From an uncultured Candidatus Saccharibacteria bacterium (lineage in GTDB: Bacteria; Patescibacteriota; Minisyncoccia; Phycocordibacterales; UBA9973): DNA of 50,903 nucleotides. Numbering within the stretch: the first letter of the stretch is position 1; each line of letters starts with the position of its first letter. Shown here one piece after another: positions 1 through 8,940 of the stretch. The notes under the pieces were generated by a model. It was not told the origin of the DNA. It did no database searches and worked only from the letters and a program-made list of their open reading frames with translations. The stretch is from assembly GCA_964522195.1 (NCBI GenBank), contig CAZFSV010000006.1, forward strand, positions 1,408 through 52,310, written 5' to 3'. The position numbers and the translations under genes are program-made.

Positions 1-105
1 TTACTAGCTTCTGTGTTTAATTTACCTTATCCTAATTTAATAACTTATTTATTTGGTATTTTCTCTTTAGGTATAGTAGCTATATCTACAAAAGTTAAAA
101 AATAA
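1..105 (+). CDS. 3' end of a window-truncated membrane protein CDS
   Basis: Frame 1 is open from the window edge to TAA at 103-105. The tail is hydrophobic (LLASVFNLPYPNLITYLFGIFSLGIVAISTKVKK). Confidence 0.3.
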   Translation, partial: LLASVFNLPYPNLITYLFGIFSLGIVAISTKVKK

Positions 106-128
106 AATAAATATGTTATTATAAATAT

Positions 129-515
129 ATGAAAGCTTTGGTTCAGAAATATTTCTTGCATATTTTATTTTTCTTCATAATACTTGTTTTAGTATTATCA
201 TCTTTTCTTGTATATAATTATTTTTCTAATCGTAAAAATTTAGAAAATGAAGTGAACTATCTTGTAGATAAAGTTGGAGATCTTATGTTTTTACCTATTG
301 GAGAAATACCTACTATAGCTACTGTATCTGAACCTGAAAAATTAAAAAATCAAGAATTTTTTAAAGATGCAAAAAAGGGTGATAAAGTTTTGATTTATGC
401 TAATGCTCGTAAAGCTATACTTTATGATCCTTTGGCTGATAAAATTATTACAATTGCACCGGTTTCTCTAGATAAAAATGCAAATACTGAGGTAGAAAAT
501 TCATTTCAATTTTAA
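129..515 (+). CDS. hypothetical membrane-anchored protein
   Basis: 128-aa ATG ORF with one N-terminal hydrophobic helix (ILFFFIILVLVLSSFLVY) and a soluble tail. No family recognised. Confidence 0.5.
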   Translation: MKALVQKYFLHILFFFIILVLVLSSFLVYNYFSNRKNLENEVNYLVDKVGDLMFLPIGEIPTIATVSEPEKLKNQEFFKDAKKGDKVLIYANARKAILYDPLADKIITIAPVSLDKNANTEVENSFQF

Positions 516-523
516 ATTTTAAA

Positions 524-1594
524 ATGTTTATTTTTAAAAACAAAAAAATATTTTTTAGAAAAATTTTTACTATTTTTTTAATTTCTTTTTTATCTTTTCA
601 ATTAACTCACGCTACAGATTTAACTAGTACAAATTTTATTATTCGTGATCCGATAGTGGGTACTGGAGGATCTTATGGAACTTCTAGTAATTTTAAACTT
701 TATGGTTCTGGTAATACTTTACTCTCAGGTACTGGGTCTTCTACAAATTTTATAGGTAGATATGGATTTTTATATTTTCCTTTTGCTAATATCGGGACTC
801 TGACTGCGGTGCAAGATGGTATAGATGCAGATTTATCTTGGCCGGCTTCTGTATCTGGTCTTGGTTGGACTGTAGGGGATTATGAGACAGGTATAGCCAC
901 AGTCTCAGGTGGACCTTATACTTATACTAATGTCGGCACTGCTACAACTTATACTTATCCTTCACTTACTCCAGGTGAATATTGTTTTGTGGTTCGTACT
1001 TTAGATGCTCTTGATAATGTTATTGGAGTTTCAAATGAAGATTGTGTGACAATAAATCCTGTTTTGGTTTTTGATATTGATACTTCTGTTGCCGACGGAG
1101 AAACTAATACTCCTTATTCTGTGTCCTTAGGTACGATATCTACCACAGACAATAGAGTTTCAGGTACTACCGATAATATCAATATGATTATTCTAGAAGG
1201 TATGACCAATGCGGGAGCCGGTGTGGCTATCACAGTAAAAAATACTAATGGAGCAAATGGTTTGGTTTCAACATCTAATCCAAGCTCTAATATCAATAGC
1301 GCTGATGGTACGATGAGCGTTGGTGCAGAGAACTATGGACTTTGTGTTGCAACGTCTTCATTGTCTGGATTCATAAGAGTGACACCTTATAATACTGATA
1401 CTTGTGTTACTAATTCTCATACTAATGGAGTTCAAGGTCTTACTACAACAGGGGAGAATATTTTAAGTTCTAACAGTACAACACTCGCTAATGGTCACGC
1501 AGAAGTAATTGTTAATGCTGGAATTTCAACAAGCACTCCAGCACAATCTGATTATACCGATACTTTGACTTTCATAGCTACTTCAACTTTCTAA
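524..1594 (+). CDS. secreted beta-rich surface protein, paralog A (FN3-like module plus shared C-terminal domain)
   Basis: 356 aa with a signal peptide ending ...FQLTHA. It has SxNF(K/I) repeats and an FN3-like segment (DADLSWPAS...YCFVVRTLD). The C-terminal ~175 aa (from ~1064) align to the C-terminus of 1701..2840 and end YTDTLTFIATSTF. Confidence 0.7.
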   Translation: MFIFKNKKIFFRKIFTIFLISFLSFQLTHATDLTSTNFIIRDPIVGTGGSYGTSSNFKLYGSGNTLLSGTGSSTNFIGRYGFLYFPFANIGTLTAVQDGIDADLSWPASVSGLGWTVGDYETGIATVSGGPYTYTNVGTATTYTYPSLTPGEYCFVVRTLDALDNVIGVSNEDCVTINPVLVFDIDTSVADGETNTPYSVSLGTISTTDNRVSGTTDNINMIILEGMTNAGAGVAITVKNTNGANGLVSTSNPSSNINSADGTMSVGAENYGLCVATSSLSGFIRVTPYNTDTCVTNSHTNGVQGLTTTGENILSSNSTTLANGHAEVIVNAGISTSTPAQSDYTDTLTFIATSTF

Positions 1595-1651
1595 ATTTAT
1601 TTAAAATTTGTTAATTGTGGATAACTTTGTAGTATTTTACTTGGATAGATA

Positions 1652-1660
1652 TGATATAAT
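1652..1660 (+). promoter_or_regulatory. extended -10 box TGATATAAT upstream of surface subunit B
   Basis: Exact TGnTATAAT, 40 nt upstream of the ATG at 1701. Confidence 0.4.
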
Positions 1661-1700
1661 TTATATATAAAAATTATTATTATTAATTAAAAAAATTATT

Positions 1701-2840
1701 ATGCAAAATTTTGTTAAAAAATTAACGAGTTTTACTCTTATCTTTACTGTATTGAGTATTACTTTAGCTCCTAGCTTAGCTAGTGCAGCTTCAATTAGTT
1801 CAGCAAAAGCCACTTTCGGTAGATTGAAAGCATCAACTGCTTCTGATTCTGTAGTAGTTCAATTTGCAAGCCCTACAGGTATTCAGACTGGTGGTGCTGA
1901 TACTATTAGTTTAACTTTTAGTGCGGATTTTACCGTTGCAGCTTTCTCTGCTACAAACTTTGATATAGGATTAGGAGATAGTTCTAACTGCTCTACTGCA
2001 AACTACACAGACGAAATAGTTGCAGCTTCTCCTTCTGCTACAGATTGGGGAGTGGGTGTTGCTGGTAATGTTATTACTTTTTCTCCTGAAACAGATGATA
2101 CTTTAACTGCAGGTTTTTGTATGCGTTTTGAAATAGGTACAGCAGCAACTACTGGTGGTACAGGGTCTGCTTCTGCTATTACTAATGGAGCAGTAGATGA
2201 TGATGATACTATAGATATTGGTGGGGTTTTTGGTGATACAGGTACTATTACTGTAGACATAGTAGATGATGATCAAGTAACAGTTACTGCTAATGTGAAT
2301 CAATCTATAACTTTTGATATTGATACTGCAACCACTGATACTGAATCTGCTACACCTTATACTGTAGCTTTAGGTACAATAACTGCAAGTGATACAAGGG
2401 TATCTGGGACAACTGATAGTGTTAATTTTATTTGGCTTGATTTAGGAACTAACGCTTCTGGAGGAGCTACAGTAACTGTTAAAAATGCTAATGGTGCTAA
2501 CGGTTTAGTTTCAACAAGTACTCCAGCTGATAACATAAACAGTGCTGATGGTGCTATGGTAGATGGAACTGAGAACTATGGACTTTGTGTAGTTTCAGTT
2601 GCTCAAACAACTGGTACTTTGTCAAAAGCTACTCCATACAACTCTGGAACTTGTGCAGGCAACTCAGAAACTAATGACATTCAAGGTTTAACAACAACAG
2701 GAGAAAGTATTATCACTTCTACTGCTCCATTAGGTGCAGGACGTGCTAGTATAGCTGTAAATGGTGCTATTTCAACAAGTACTCCAGCTCATGCTGACTA
2801 TACTGATACTTTAACTTTCATAGCTACTGCGACTTTTTAA
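1701..2840 (+). CDS. secreted beta-rich surface or fibre subunit, paralog B
   Basis: 379 aa with a signal peptide ending ...PSLASA. Composition is Thr/Ala/Gly/Asp-rich and codon use is biased toward gct/act/ggt. The C-terminal domain (from ~2304) is paralogous to 524..1594 and ends YTDTLTFIATATF. A TGATATAAT box lies upstream. Confidence 0.8.
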   Translation: MQNFVKKLTSFTLIFTVLSITLAPSLASAASISSAKATFGRLKASTASDSVVVQFASPTGIQTGGADTISLTFSADFTVAAFSATNFDIGLGDSSNCSTANYTDEIVAASPSATDWGVGVAGNVITFSPETDDTLTAGFCMRFEIGTAATTGGTGSASAITNGAVDDDDTIDIGGVFGDTGTITVDIVDDDQVTVTANVNQSITFDIDTATTDTESATPYTVALGTITASDTRVSGTTDSVNFIWLDLGTNASGGATVTVKNANGANGLVSTSTPADNINSADGAMVDGTENYGLCVVSVAQTTGTLSKATPYNSGTCAGNSETNDIQGLTTTGESIITSTAPLGAGRASIAVNGAISTSTPAHADYTDTLTFIATATF

Positions 2841-2868
2841 AATTTAGCTTTAATGCTATTATCATAGA

Positions 2869-3879
2869 ATGAATCTAAATAAATTTTCAAAGTTAATAAT
2901 AATTTTTCTACTAACAGTACTAGGATATTCTATGTCTCCTAGTGCTGTTTCTGCTGTTACTTTATCTCCAACTCGTTTTGAATTGCAAGGTAATCCAGGA
3001 GATACCCTAGAATACGAACTTTCTATTATAAATGAAAGTCAAAATACTGAGATTTATTATGTATCTTACTCAAATTTTGAAGCACAAGGGGAAAGTGGAG
3101 ATCCAGCTTTTACTCCAGCAACTGATGGATTAGGAACTTGGATTAAAATAAATGATACTAGTATTGGTGTTGGTCCTCAAGAAGAAAAAAAGGTTCCTTT
3201 TAAAATAAATATTCCAAAAGACGCAACCCCAGGAGGTCATTTTGCTGTGGTTTTTTTTGGTAGTCAGCCACCCTCTATTGATGGTAGGGCTGTGGGAGTT
3301 GGATCTCAAGCTGGAGTATTGATACTTCTTTCGGTGAACGGAGATGTAAAACAAGAAGCTGGAATATATGATTTTAATACAACTAAAAAGCAATTTTTTT
3401 ATAAAACATTACCTGTAAATTTTGAATATCGTTTAAAGAATGATGGAGGAGATAGAGTAAAACCAGAAGGTAAAATTAGAATTCATAACACTCTTTTTAT
3501 TCCAACAAAAAGTATTGATGCTAATCCTACCTCAGGTAATGTATTGCCTAATAGTACTCGTAAATATAATTCTACTTGGGTAGTCTACGAGAGACTAGCT
3601 GACTATGTTTCACCTAATGGATTTTTGGCTCGTTTCTGGGATAATGCTGTGTATGAATGGAAAAACTTTGCTTTAGGTTTTTATACTGCAAATTTAAGAG
3701 TAGAATATGGTGAAGAAAAAACTAGCGACTTCACTTTCTTTTTTGTATTTCCTTGGGAATTAACTATAGTTTTGATTATTGTGCTTAGTTTAGCTTATTT
3801 TGTAGGCAAAAAATTAATTAAAAAATACAACCGATATATCATAGCAAAAGCCCGCGAGTCTCTTAATAACTCTAAATAA
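2869..3879 (+). CDS. DUF916/PapD-like Ig-fold cell-surface protein with C-terminal membrane anchor
   Basis: 336 aa with a signal peptide. The N-domain motif LSPTRFELQGNPGDTLEYELSIINES resembles DUF916-type proteins of Gram-positive WxL loci. A C-terminal TM helix (LTIVLIIVLSLAYFV) is followed by a basic tail. Family call made by eye only. Confidence 0.55.
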   Translation: MNLNKFSKLIIIFLLTVLGYSMSPSAVSAVTLSPTRFELQGNPGDTLEYELSIINESQNTEIYYVSYSNFEAQGESGDPAFTPATDGLGTWIKINDTSIGVGPQEEKKVPFKINIPKDATPGGHFAVVFFGSQPPSIDGRAVGVGSQAGVLILLSVNGDVKQEAGIYDFNTTKKQFFYKTLPVNFEYRLKNDGGDRVKPEGKIRIHNTLFIPTKSIDANPTSGNVLPNSTRKYNSTWVVYERLADYVSPNGFLARFWDNAVYEWKNFALGFYTANLRVEYGEEKTSDFTFFFVFPWELTIVLIIVLSLAYFVGKKLIKKYNRYIIAKARESLNNSK

Positions 3880-3880
3880 A

Positions 3881-4780
3881 ATGCGTTATATTGTACTAAT
3901 TTTTATAATATCTATTGGTATATTTTTAAGTATTTCAAATAATTCTTTTGCTCAGCTTGTGATAACTGAGCAAGAAGTAGTAAATATTAGCGCTCAAGTT
4001 GGTAGTGGTATTGTTATTACTCCACCTATAAATAATCCAGCAGGTGCAGTAATATTGCCTGATACTTCGGTTCAATTTAAAGGTAGAGCTTATCCAGGAG
4101 CTATAGTGGTTTTACTTCGTGATGGTATAGAGGTTTCTCGTGTTGTTGCAAATTTTGATGCAACTTTTAGTATTACTTTACCTGAAGAAGTAGATCAAAG
4201 TCAAAATATTTTATATTCGCTTTACGCTATAGATAAAAATAATAATAAATCTATCTTGCTTAATTTTCCAACAAAAATTCAAGGTGGATTTTTAACTTTT
4301 TTAAATAATATATTGTTTCCCCCAACTATTGTTTCAGATAAATATGAAGCGAGTTCCGGAGGTTTCTTGAATCTTTCTGGATATTCTGTCCCAAATCGTG
4401 AACTTGAAATTACTTTAAAAGATAATAATTTTAAAAAGAATTTTTATTTGACCTCAAAATCGGATGGAACATATAATATTAATTTGCCTTTAGTTGAGAT
4501 TCCTAAAGGTGAGTATAATGTTTTAATTAATTATAAAAATGACATTAGATTAAGTAAATTTTTGCGTTTGATTTTAGGGAATAAAGACACTTTAAATACT
4601 AGTGAAAATTCTAATATCCCAGGAGATTGTAATCGTGATAGAGTCATAAACCTAGTAGATTTCTCTGTAGCTGCTTTTTGGTATAAGAAACCTAATCCAC
4701 CTAAATGTGTAGATACGAATTTTGATAATATTATAAATCTAGTGGATTTTTCAATCCTGGCTTATTATTGGAATAATTAA
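3881..4780 (+). CDS. secreted Ig-like repeat protein with C-terminal type-I-like dockerin
   Basis: 299 aa with a signal peptide. The C-terminus (DNA ~4622-4777) has two Ca-loop repeats, DCNRDRVINLVDF and DTNFDNIINLVDF, matching the dockerin pattern DxNxDxxINxxD. The start lies 2 nt after the previous stop. Confidence 0.75.
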   Translation: MRYIVLIFIISIGIFLSISNNSFAQLVITEQEVVNISAQVGSGIVITPPINNPAGAVILPDTSVQFKGRAYPGAIVVLLRDGIEVSRVVANFDATFSITLPEEVDQSQNILYSLYAIDKNNNKSILLNFPTKIQGGFLTFLNNILFPPTIVSDKYEASSGGFLNLSGYSVPNRELEITLKDNNFKKNFYLTSKSDGTYNINLPLVEIPKGEYNVLINYKNDIRLSKFLRLILGNKDTLNTSENSNIPGDCNRDRVINLVDFSVAAFWYKKPNPPKCVDTNFDNIINLVDFSILAYYWNN

Positions 4781-4781
4781 T

Positions 4782-5618
4782 ATGAAATATTTTTTCTTAA
4801 GTTTAATATTTTTCTTTTCTTTATCTTTTAATGTTTTTGCAGGTGAGATTTATTTTGAAAGTAAAAATAAAATTCAAGTTGGTGAATCAATATCTTTGCC
4901 TATTTATTTAAATACTAATGGTGAAAATGTCAATAGTATTGATGTAGAAATATATTTTAATAAAGAACTATTTACTTTTGAGGGTTACAAAGAATCAACT
5001 TTTAAAAATTGGATAATACCGCCAAAAGTAGAAGATAATAAGATATATTTTACAGGGATTATTCCAGGAGGGGTTTCTGGTGTATATGATCCTAATAGAA
5101 AAGATTTAGCACCTATACCTGTAATTTCTTTATCTTTTAGAGCTAAAAGTTCCGGCCAAGCTTCTTTTATTTTTGTTAAAAATGAAGTTCTTAAAAATGA
5201 TGGCTTGGGATCTCTATTAGAAGTTGCTAAAAAAGATTTAAATATTTTAATAACTGATAATATAGATAATACAAAAATTACAGAGAATATTATAATAGAC
5301 AACAAGCCACCTTTACCATTTAATATTAGTCTTATTGAAGATAGAGAAACAGGTAAGCTTTTGGTTTTTAAAACTATTGATTTAGAAAGTGGGATTTCTT
5401 TTTACAAAATAAAAAGAGGTTCAAAATGGGAAAACATAGAAAGTCCTTATAAATTAGAAAAACCTTTTTTTAGTAAAATTCTAAATATTCGAGCTTACGA
5501 TTTTAATAATAATTATTCTGCAAGTTCTATAAATATACAAGGTTATTTTAATAAATATATTTTTTATTTTATATTATTTATATTTGCTAGTATTTTAGTT
5601 AGAAAATTGATAAAATAA
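4782..5618 (+). CDS. cohesin-like domain protein, C-terminally membrane-anchored
   Basis: 278 aa with a signal peptide and a cohesin-like N-domain (IQVGESISLPIYLNTNGENVNSIDVEIYFNKELFTFEGY ... ISLSFRAKSSGQASFIF). C-terminal TM helix YIFYFILFIFASILV. Confidence 0.6.
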   Translation: MKYFFLSLIFFFSLSFNVFAGEIYFESKNKIQVGESISLPIYLNTNGENVNSIDVEIYFNKELFTFEGYKESTFKNWIIPPKVEDNKIYFTGIIPGGVSGVYDPNRKDLAPIPVISLSFRAKSSGQASFIFVKNEVLKNDGLGSLLEVAKKDLNILITDNIDNTKITENIIIDNKPPLPFNISLIEDRETGKLLVFKTIDLESGISFYKIKRGSKWENIESPYKLEKPFFSKILNIRAYDFNNNYSASSINIQGYFNKYIFYFILFIFASILVRKLIK

Positions 5619-5622
5619 ACTT

Positions 5623-6717
5623 ATGATATTCCGGTATTTATTAATTATTTTTTTGTATTTTTTTATACCTTTTCAAATTTTTGCATCTTCTTTTTTGTAT
5701 TTTACAGAGCCCCCAAAAAATATTGAAGTTGGAGAAAGATTTACGATTCACTTAAGACTTCGCGCAACTGATGAAGCAATCAATGCCATATCAGCTGTTG
5801 TATCTTTTCCTCCGAATTTAGTTAAACCTATCAGCACTTCTAAGGAAGGTAGTATTATAAATCTTTGGACGGGAGAACCTAAAATTTTCAGTGATCGTAT
5901 TTCTTTTGAAGGAGTTGTTTTAAATCCTGGTTTTAGTGGTAATAATGGTCTTCTTTTGAAAGTAGTTTTTGAGGCAAAATCAACAGGAGTTGTTAATATG
6001 AATTTTATTGAAGGAGCAACTCTCGCTAATGATGGACTGGGAAGTAATATTTTAGCCACTTTAAGTAATACAAATTTTAGAATTTCTCCTTTTACTGTTT
6101 CAAATAATTTAGCAAAAAATCCAACAGAAGAAATACCTAAAATAGTGTTAGAAGATAAGTTTGTCAAATTGCCTGTTATTACCGAATACCAAGAAATTCT
6201 TGATTCTAAAGAAAATATTAAAATTTTAGGTAAAGGTGAACCAAATAGTTTAACTAGGATTATATTTAAAGATATTTCTCTTCGTTCTTTAGGTGAAGAG
6301 TTTTTAAATAGAGTTCAAAATAAAAAAGTTAAATTAGATTCTATTTTAGTTAAAAATGATGAAAATGGTGATTTTAACTACATAAGTCCTAAAAACTTAG
6401 TTGCCGGAGTATATAATGCAACACCTTTTTTTGTAGATGAAGAAGCGAATGTAGAAAAACCAGGTTTAGGTAAACAAATTTTAGTACAAGATAGTAAAGT
6501 TGTTAAAAATTTAGTAATTTTTATAAATGTTTTAACTTTATTTATACCAATCGTTCTTTTATCTGTTATAATATATTTTATACCTTGGTATTCTTGGCTT
6601 AGAATGAGACTGCTTAAGAAAAAAATTCATTTAGAAGAAGAAAAAGTCGAATTAACTGGTATAAAATTACTTAAAGAAGAAGAATTAGAGAATAAAAAAG
6701 ATGAAAAAGAATTTTAA
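5623..6717 (+). CDS. cohesin-like domain protein with TM helix and charged cytoplasmic tail
   Basis: 364 aa with a signal peptide and a cohesin-like N-domain (IEVGERFTIHLRLRATDEAINAISAVVSFPPNLVKP ... LLKVVFEAKSTGVVNMNF). A TM helix lies near the C-terminus, followed by an E/K-rich tail. Confidence 0.6.
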   Translation: MIFRYLLIIFLYFFIPFQIFASSFLYFTEPPKNIEVGERFTIHLRLRATDEAINAISAVVSFPPNLVKPISTSKEGSIINLWTGEPKIFSDRISFEGVVLNPGFSGNNGLLLKVVFEAKSTGVVNMNFIEGATLANDGLGSNILATLSNTNFRISPFTVSNNLAKNPTEEIPKIVLEDKFVKLPVITEYQEILDSKENIKILGKGEPNSLTRIIFKDISLRSLGEEFLNRVQNKKVKLDSILVKNDENGDFNYISPKNLVAGVYNATPFFVDEEANVEKPGLGKQILVQDSKVVKNLVIFINVLTLFIPIVLLSVIIYFIPWYSWLRMRLLKKKIHLEEEKVELTGIKLLKEEELENKKDEKEF

Positions 6718-7774
6718 TATAATAAATTTATTTTTAATATTGGTTTTATTATTTTCTCCTCTTTTAAATGTCTCTGCTCAAAATGATGATATTTTAACTA
6801 AAGAAGAAAGATTTTGGCTTGAGTCTAGGAACAATACTATCGTTGTATATCCAGAAAAGAATTTTGCTCCTTTTTCTTATCAATCTAGTTCTGGTTTTCC
6901 GCAAGGCCTGTCTGTTGATTTCATAGAATTAATTGCCGATATTTTAGATTTTAAAGTTGAATATTTACCAGCTAGATCTTTAAGTCAAATTTTAGATGAT
7001 GTTAAAAATGGTAAAGGGGATATTGTAACTTCACTTGCATCAACACCTGAGAGAGAAAAGTTTTTATATTTTACTGATAGTTATATTAATGTTTCTACTG
7101 TTATAGTTACAAGAAAAGATTTTAAAGTTGACGGAGATTTAAATTTATCAGATTTAGTTGGTAAAAAGGTTGCAGTTGGTAAAGGTTATGCTGTAGCAGA
7201 ATTTTTGAAAGAAAATTATCCTAGAATAATTTTAGATTATGTTTCTGATGATGAAGTTGGCCTGCAACAATTAGTTTTAGGTGAAGTTGATTTTGCTATT
7301 ATGGATATAGCTTCTTTGTCTTTTTATTTGTCTAAACAAGTTTTAAGCAGTGTAAATATCGTAGGTAATGTAGGTTTTTCTTATGACTTATCTTTTGCTG
7401 TTTCTAAAGACAAATCAATTCTTCAGTCTATTTTAGATAAAGGTTTGAGCCAAGTCAGTCAAGATGAAAGAGATATTTTAAAAGAAAAATGGATTATAAC
7501 TCCAGAAAAACAAGAAAAAAACTTCCTTACAATTTTAGAAAATACTCTAACTAATGATATTTTTCAATATAATTTCTTTTTATTAACTTTATTCATATTA
7601 TTTTTTGTTTTTTTGAGAAATAAAAATAATATTACTTTTTATAAAAAAGAAGATAACTCTAAATTAGAAAAAGAAATGGAACAAATGGAAAAAATGAGTG
7701 AGATTTTAGAAGAAGAATTGCAACATATAAAAAAGGTTGAAAAAGATATAAAAGAAAAATTAGAAGATAAATAA
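6701..7774 (+). CDS. family-3 solute-binding (SBP_bac_3-like) domain protein with TM helix and coiled-coil tail
   Basis: 357 aa with a signal peptide and a periplasmic amino-acid-binding-like domain (VVYPEKNFAPFSY...GFPQGLSVDF...GDIVTSLASTPEREKFLYFTDSY). This is followed by a TM helix and a short E/K coiled coil. It overlaps the previous gene by 17 nt. Confidence 0.6.
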   Translation: MKKNFNIINLFLILVLLFSPLLNVSAQNDDILTKEERFWLESRNNTIVVYPEKNFAPFSYQSSSGFPQGLSVDFIELIADILDFKVEYLPARSLSQILDDVKNGKGDIVTSLASTPEREKFLYFTDSYINVSTVIVTRKDFKVDGDLNLSDLVGKKVAVGKGYAVAEFLKENYPRIILDYVSDDEVGLQQLVLGEVDFAIMDIASLSFYLSKQVLSSVNIVGNVGFSYDLSFAVSKDKSILQSILDKGLSQVSQDERDILKEKWIITPEKQEKNFLTILENTLTNDIFQYNFFLLTLFILFFVFLRNKNNITFYKKEDNSKLEKEMEQMEKMSEILEEELQHIKKVEKDIKEKLEDK

Positions 7775-7797
7775 TTTTTTACTTTATCTTTAATTTC

Positions 7798-7806
7798 TGA
7801 TATATT
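7798..7806 (+). promoter_or_regulatory. extended -10 box TGATATATT, 6 nt before the ychF ATG (leaderless candidate)
   Basis: TGATATATT-ATTTGA-ATG. Confidence 0.35.
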
Positions 7807-7812
7807 ATTTGA

Positions 7813-8802
7813 ATGAAATTAAGTATTGGAATTGTTGGTTTACCAAATGTAGGAAAGTCTACATTGTTTAATGCCTTAACTAAAAAATCTGTTCCAGCAG
7901 AGAATTATCCTTTTTGTACCATTGATCCATCAGTAGGTATTGTTCCTGTACCTGATAATAGGCTTTATGAACTTTCTAAGCTGTCAAATAGTAGGAATAC
8001 TATTCCAGCAGTTATAGAGTTTGTAGACATTGCAGGGCTTGTAGAAGGAGCGAGTAAGGGAGAAGGGCTCGGAAACAAATTTTTGACTAACATAAAAGAA
8101 GTAGACGCTATACTGCATATGGTTCGTGTTTTTGAAGATGATTCTGTAATCCATGTAAATAATAAAGTTGATCCGATGCGTGATATTGGAATTATAAATT
8201 TAGAACTTGTTTTGTCTGATTTTGAAATTGTTTCTAAGAGGATTGCGAATATTAATCGTGAAGTTAAAAGAGGTGATAAAGATGCAATTTTAGAGAATAG
8301 TATTTTAGAGAAAATTTATAAAGTTTTAGAAGAAGGTAGGATGGCAACTGACGCTTCTTTGACTTCTGAGGAAAAATTTAAAATAAAAAGTTTAAATTTA
8401 CTTACTTTAAAACCAATGCTTTATGGACTTAATCAAAGTGAAGCAAATCCAAATTTATCTTTTATTCCACCAGGATCTTTTGTGAAAATTGATACTGTAT
8501 TTGAGCAAGGTTTCGATGATTTGATTAAAGCTTGTTACGACCTTTTAGGGCTTGAAACTTTCTTCACTACAGGCGAAGATGAGAGCAGGGCTTGGACTAT
8601 AGAAAAAGGGTCAACTGCTCCTATTGCAGGAACAGCTATTCATAATGATTTTAAAGATAAATTTATAAGAGCGGAGGTTGTAGCTTATAATAAATTGCTT
8701 GAAGCCGGGTCTTATATTACTGCTCGTGAAAAAGGATGGGTCAGAACTGAAGGAAAGGAATACACAGTTCATGATGGAGATGTTATAGAATTTAAAATAT
8801 AA
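7813..8802 (+). CDS. ychF: ribosome-binding ATPase YchF (short form)
   Basis: P-loop GIVGLPNVGKSTLFNALT, the FCTIDP motif, DIAGLV, and a TGS-like C-terminus (RAWTIEKGSTAPIAGTAIHNDF). 329 aa. Confidence 0.9.
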   Translation: MKLSIGIVGLPNVGKSTLFNALTKKSVPAENYPFCTIDPSVGIVPVPDNRLYELSKLSNSRNTIPAVIEFVDIAGLVEGASKGEGLGNKFLTNIKEVDAILHMVRVFEDDSVIHVNNKVDPMRDIGIINLELVLSDFEIVSKRIANINREVKRGDKDAILENSILEKIYKVLEEGRMATDASLTSEEKFKIKSLNLLTLKPMLYGLNQSEANPNLSFIPPGSFVKIDTVFEQGFDDLIKACYDLLGLETFFTTGEDESRAWTIEKGSTAPIAGTAIHNDFKDKFIRAEVVAYNKLLEAGSYITAREKGWVRTEGKEYTVHDGDVIEFKI

Positions 8803-8868
8803 AAAATATGATCCTTGCCCCGCACCGAGCTTTGCTCTAGTGTTAGAGTGATTGAATTTAAAATCTAG
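8782..8868 (+). repeat. imperfect 21-nt direct duplication of the ychF 3' end flanking a 45-nt GC-rich segment
   Basis: GTTATAGAATTTAAAATATAA (8782-8802) and GTGATTGAATTTAAAATCTAG (8848-8868) both read V-I-E-F-K-I-stop. Confidence 0.6.
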
Positions 8869-8940
8869 TTAATATTGCTAAATATCCATATTGTTGTATA
8901 ATATATAAGGATATAATTCTTTAACTTTTTAATTTCAGTT

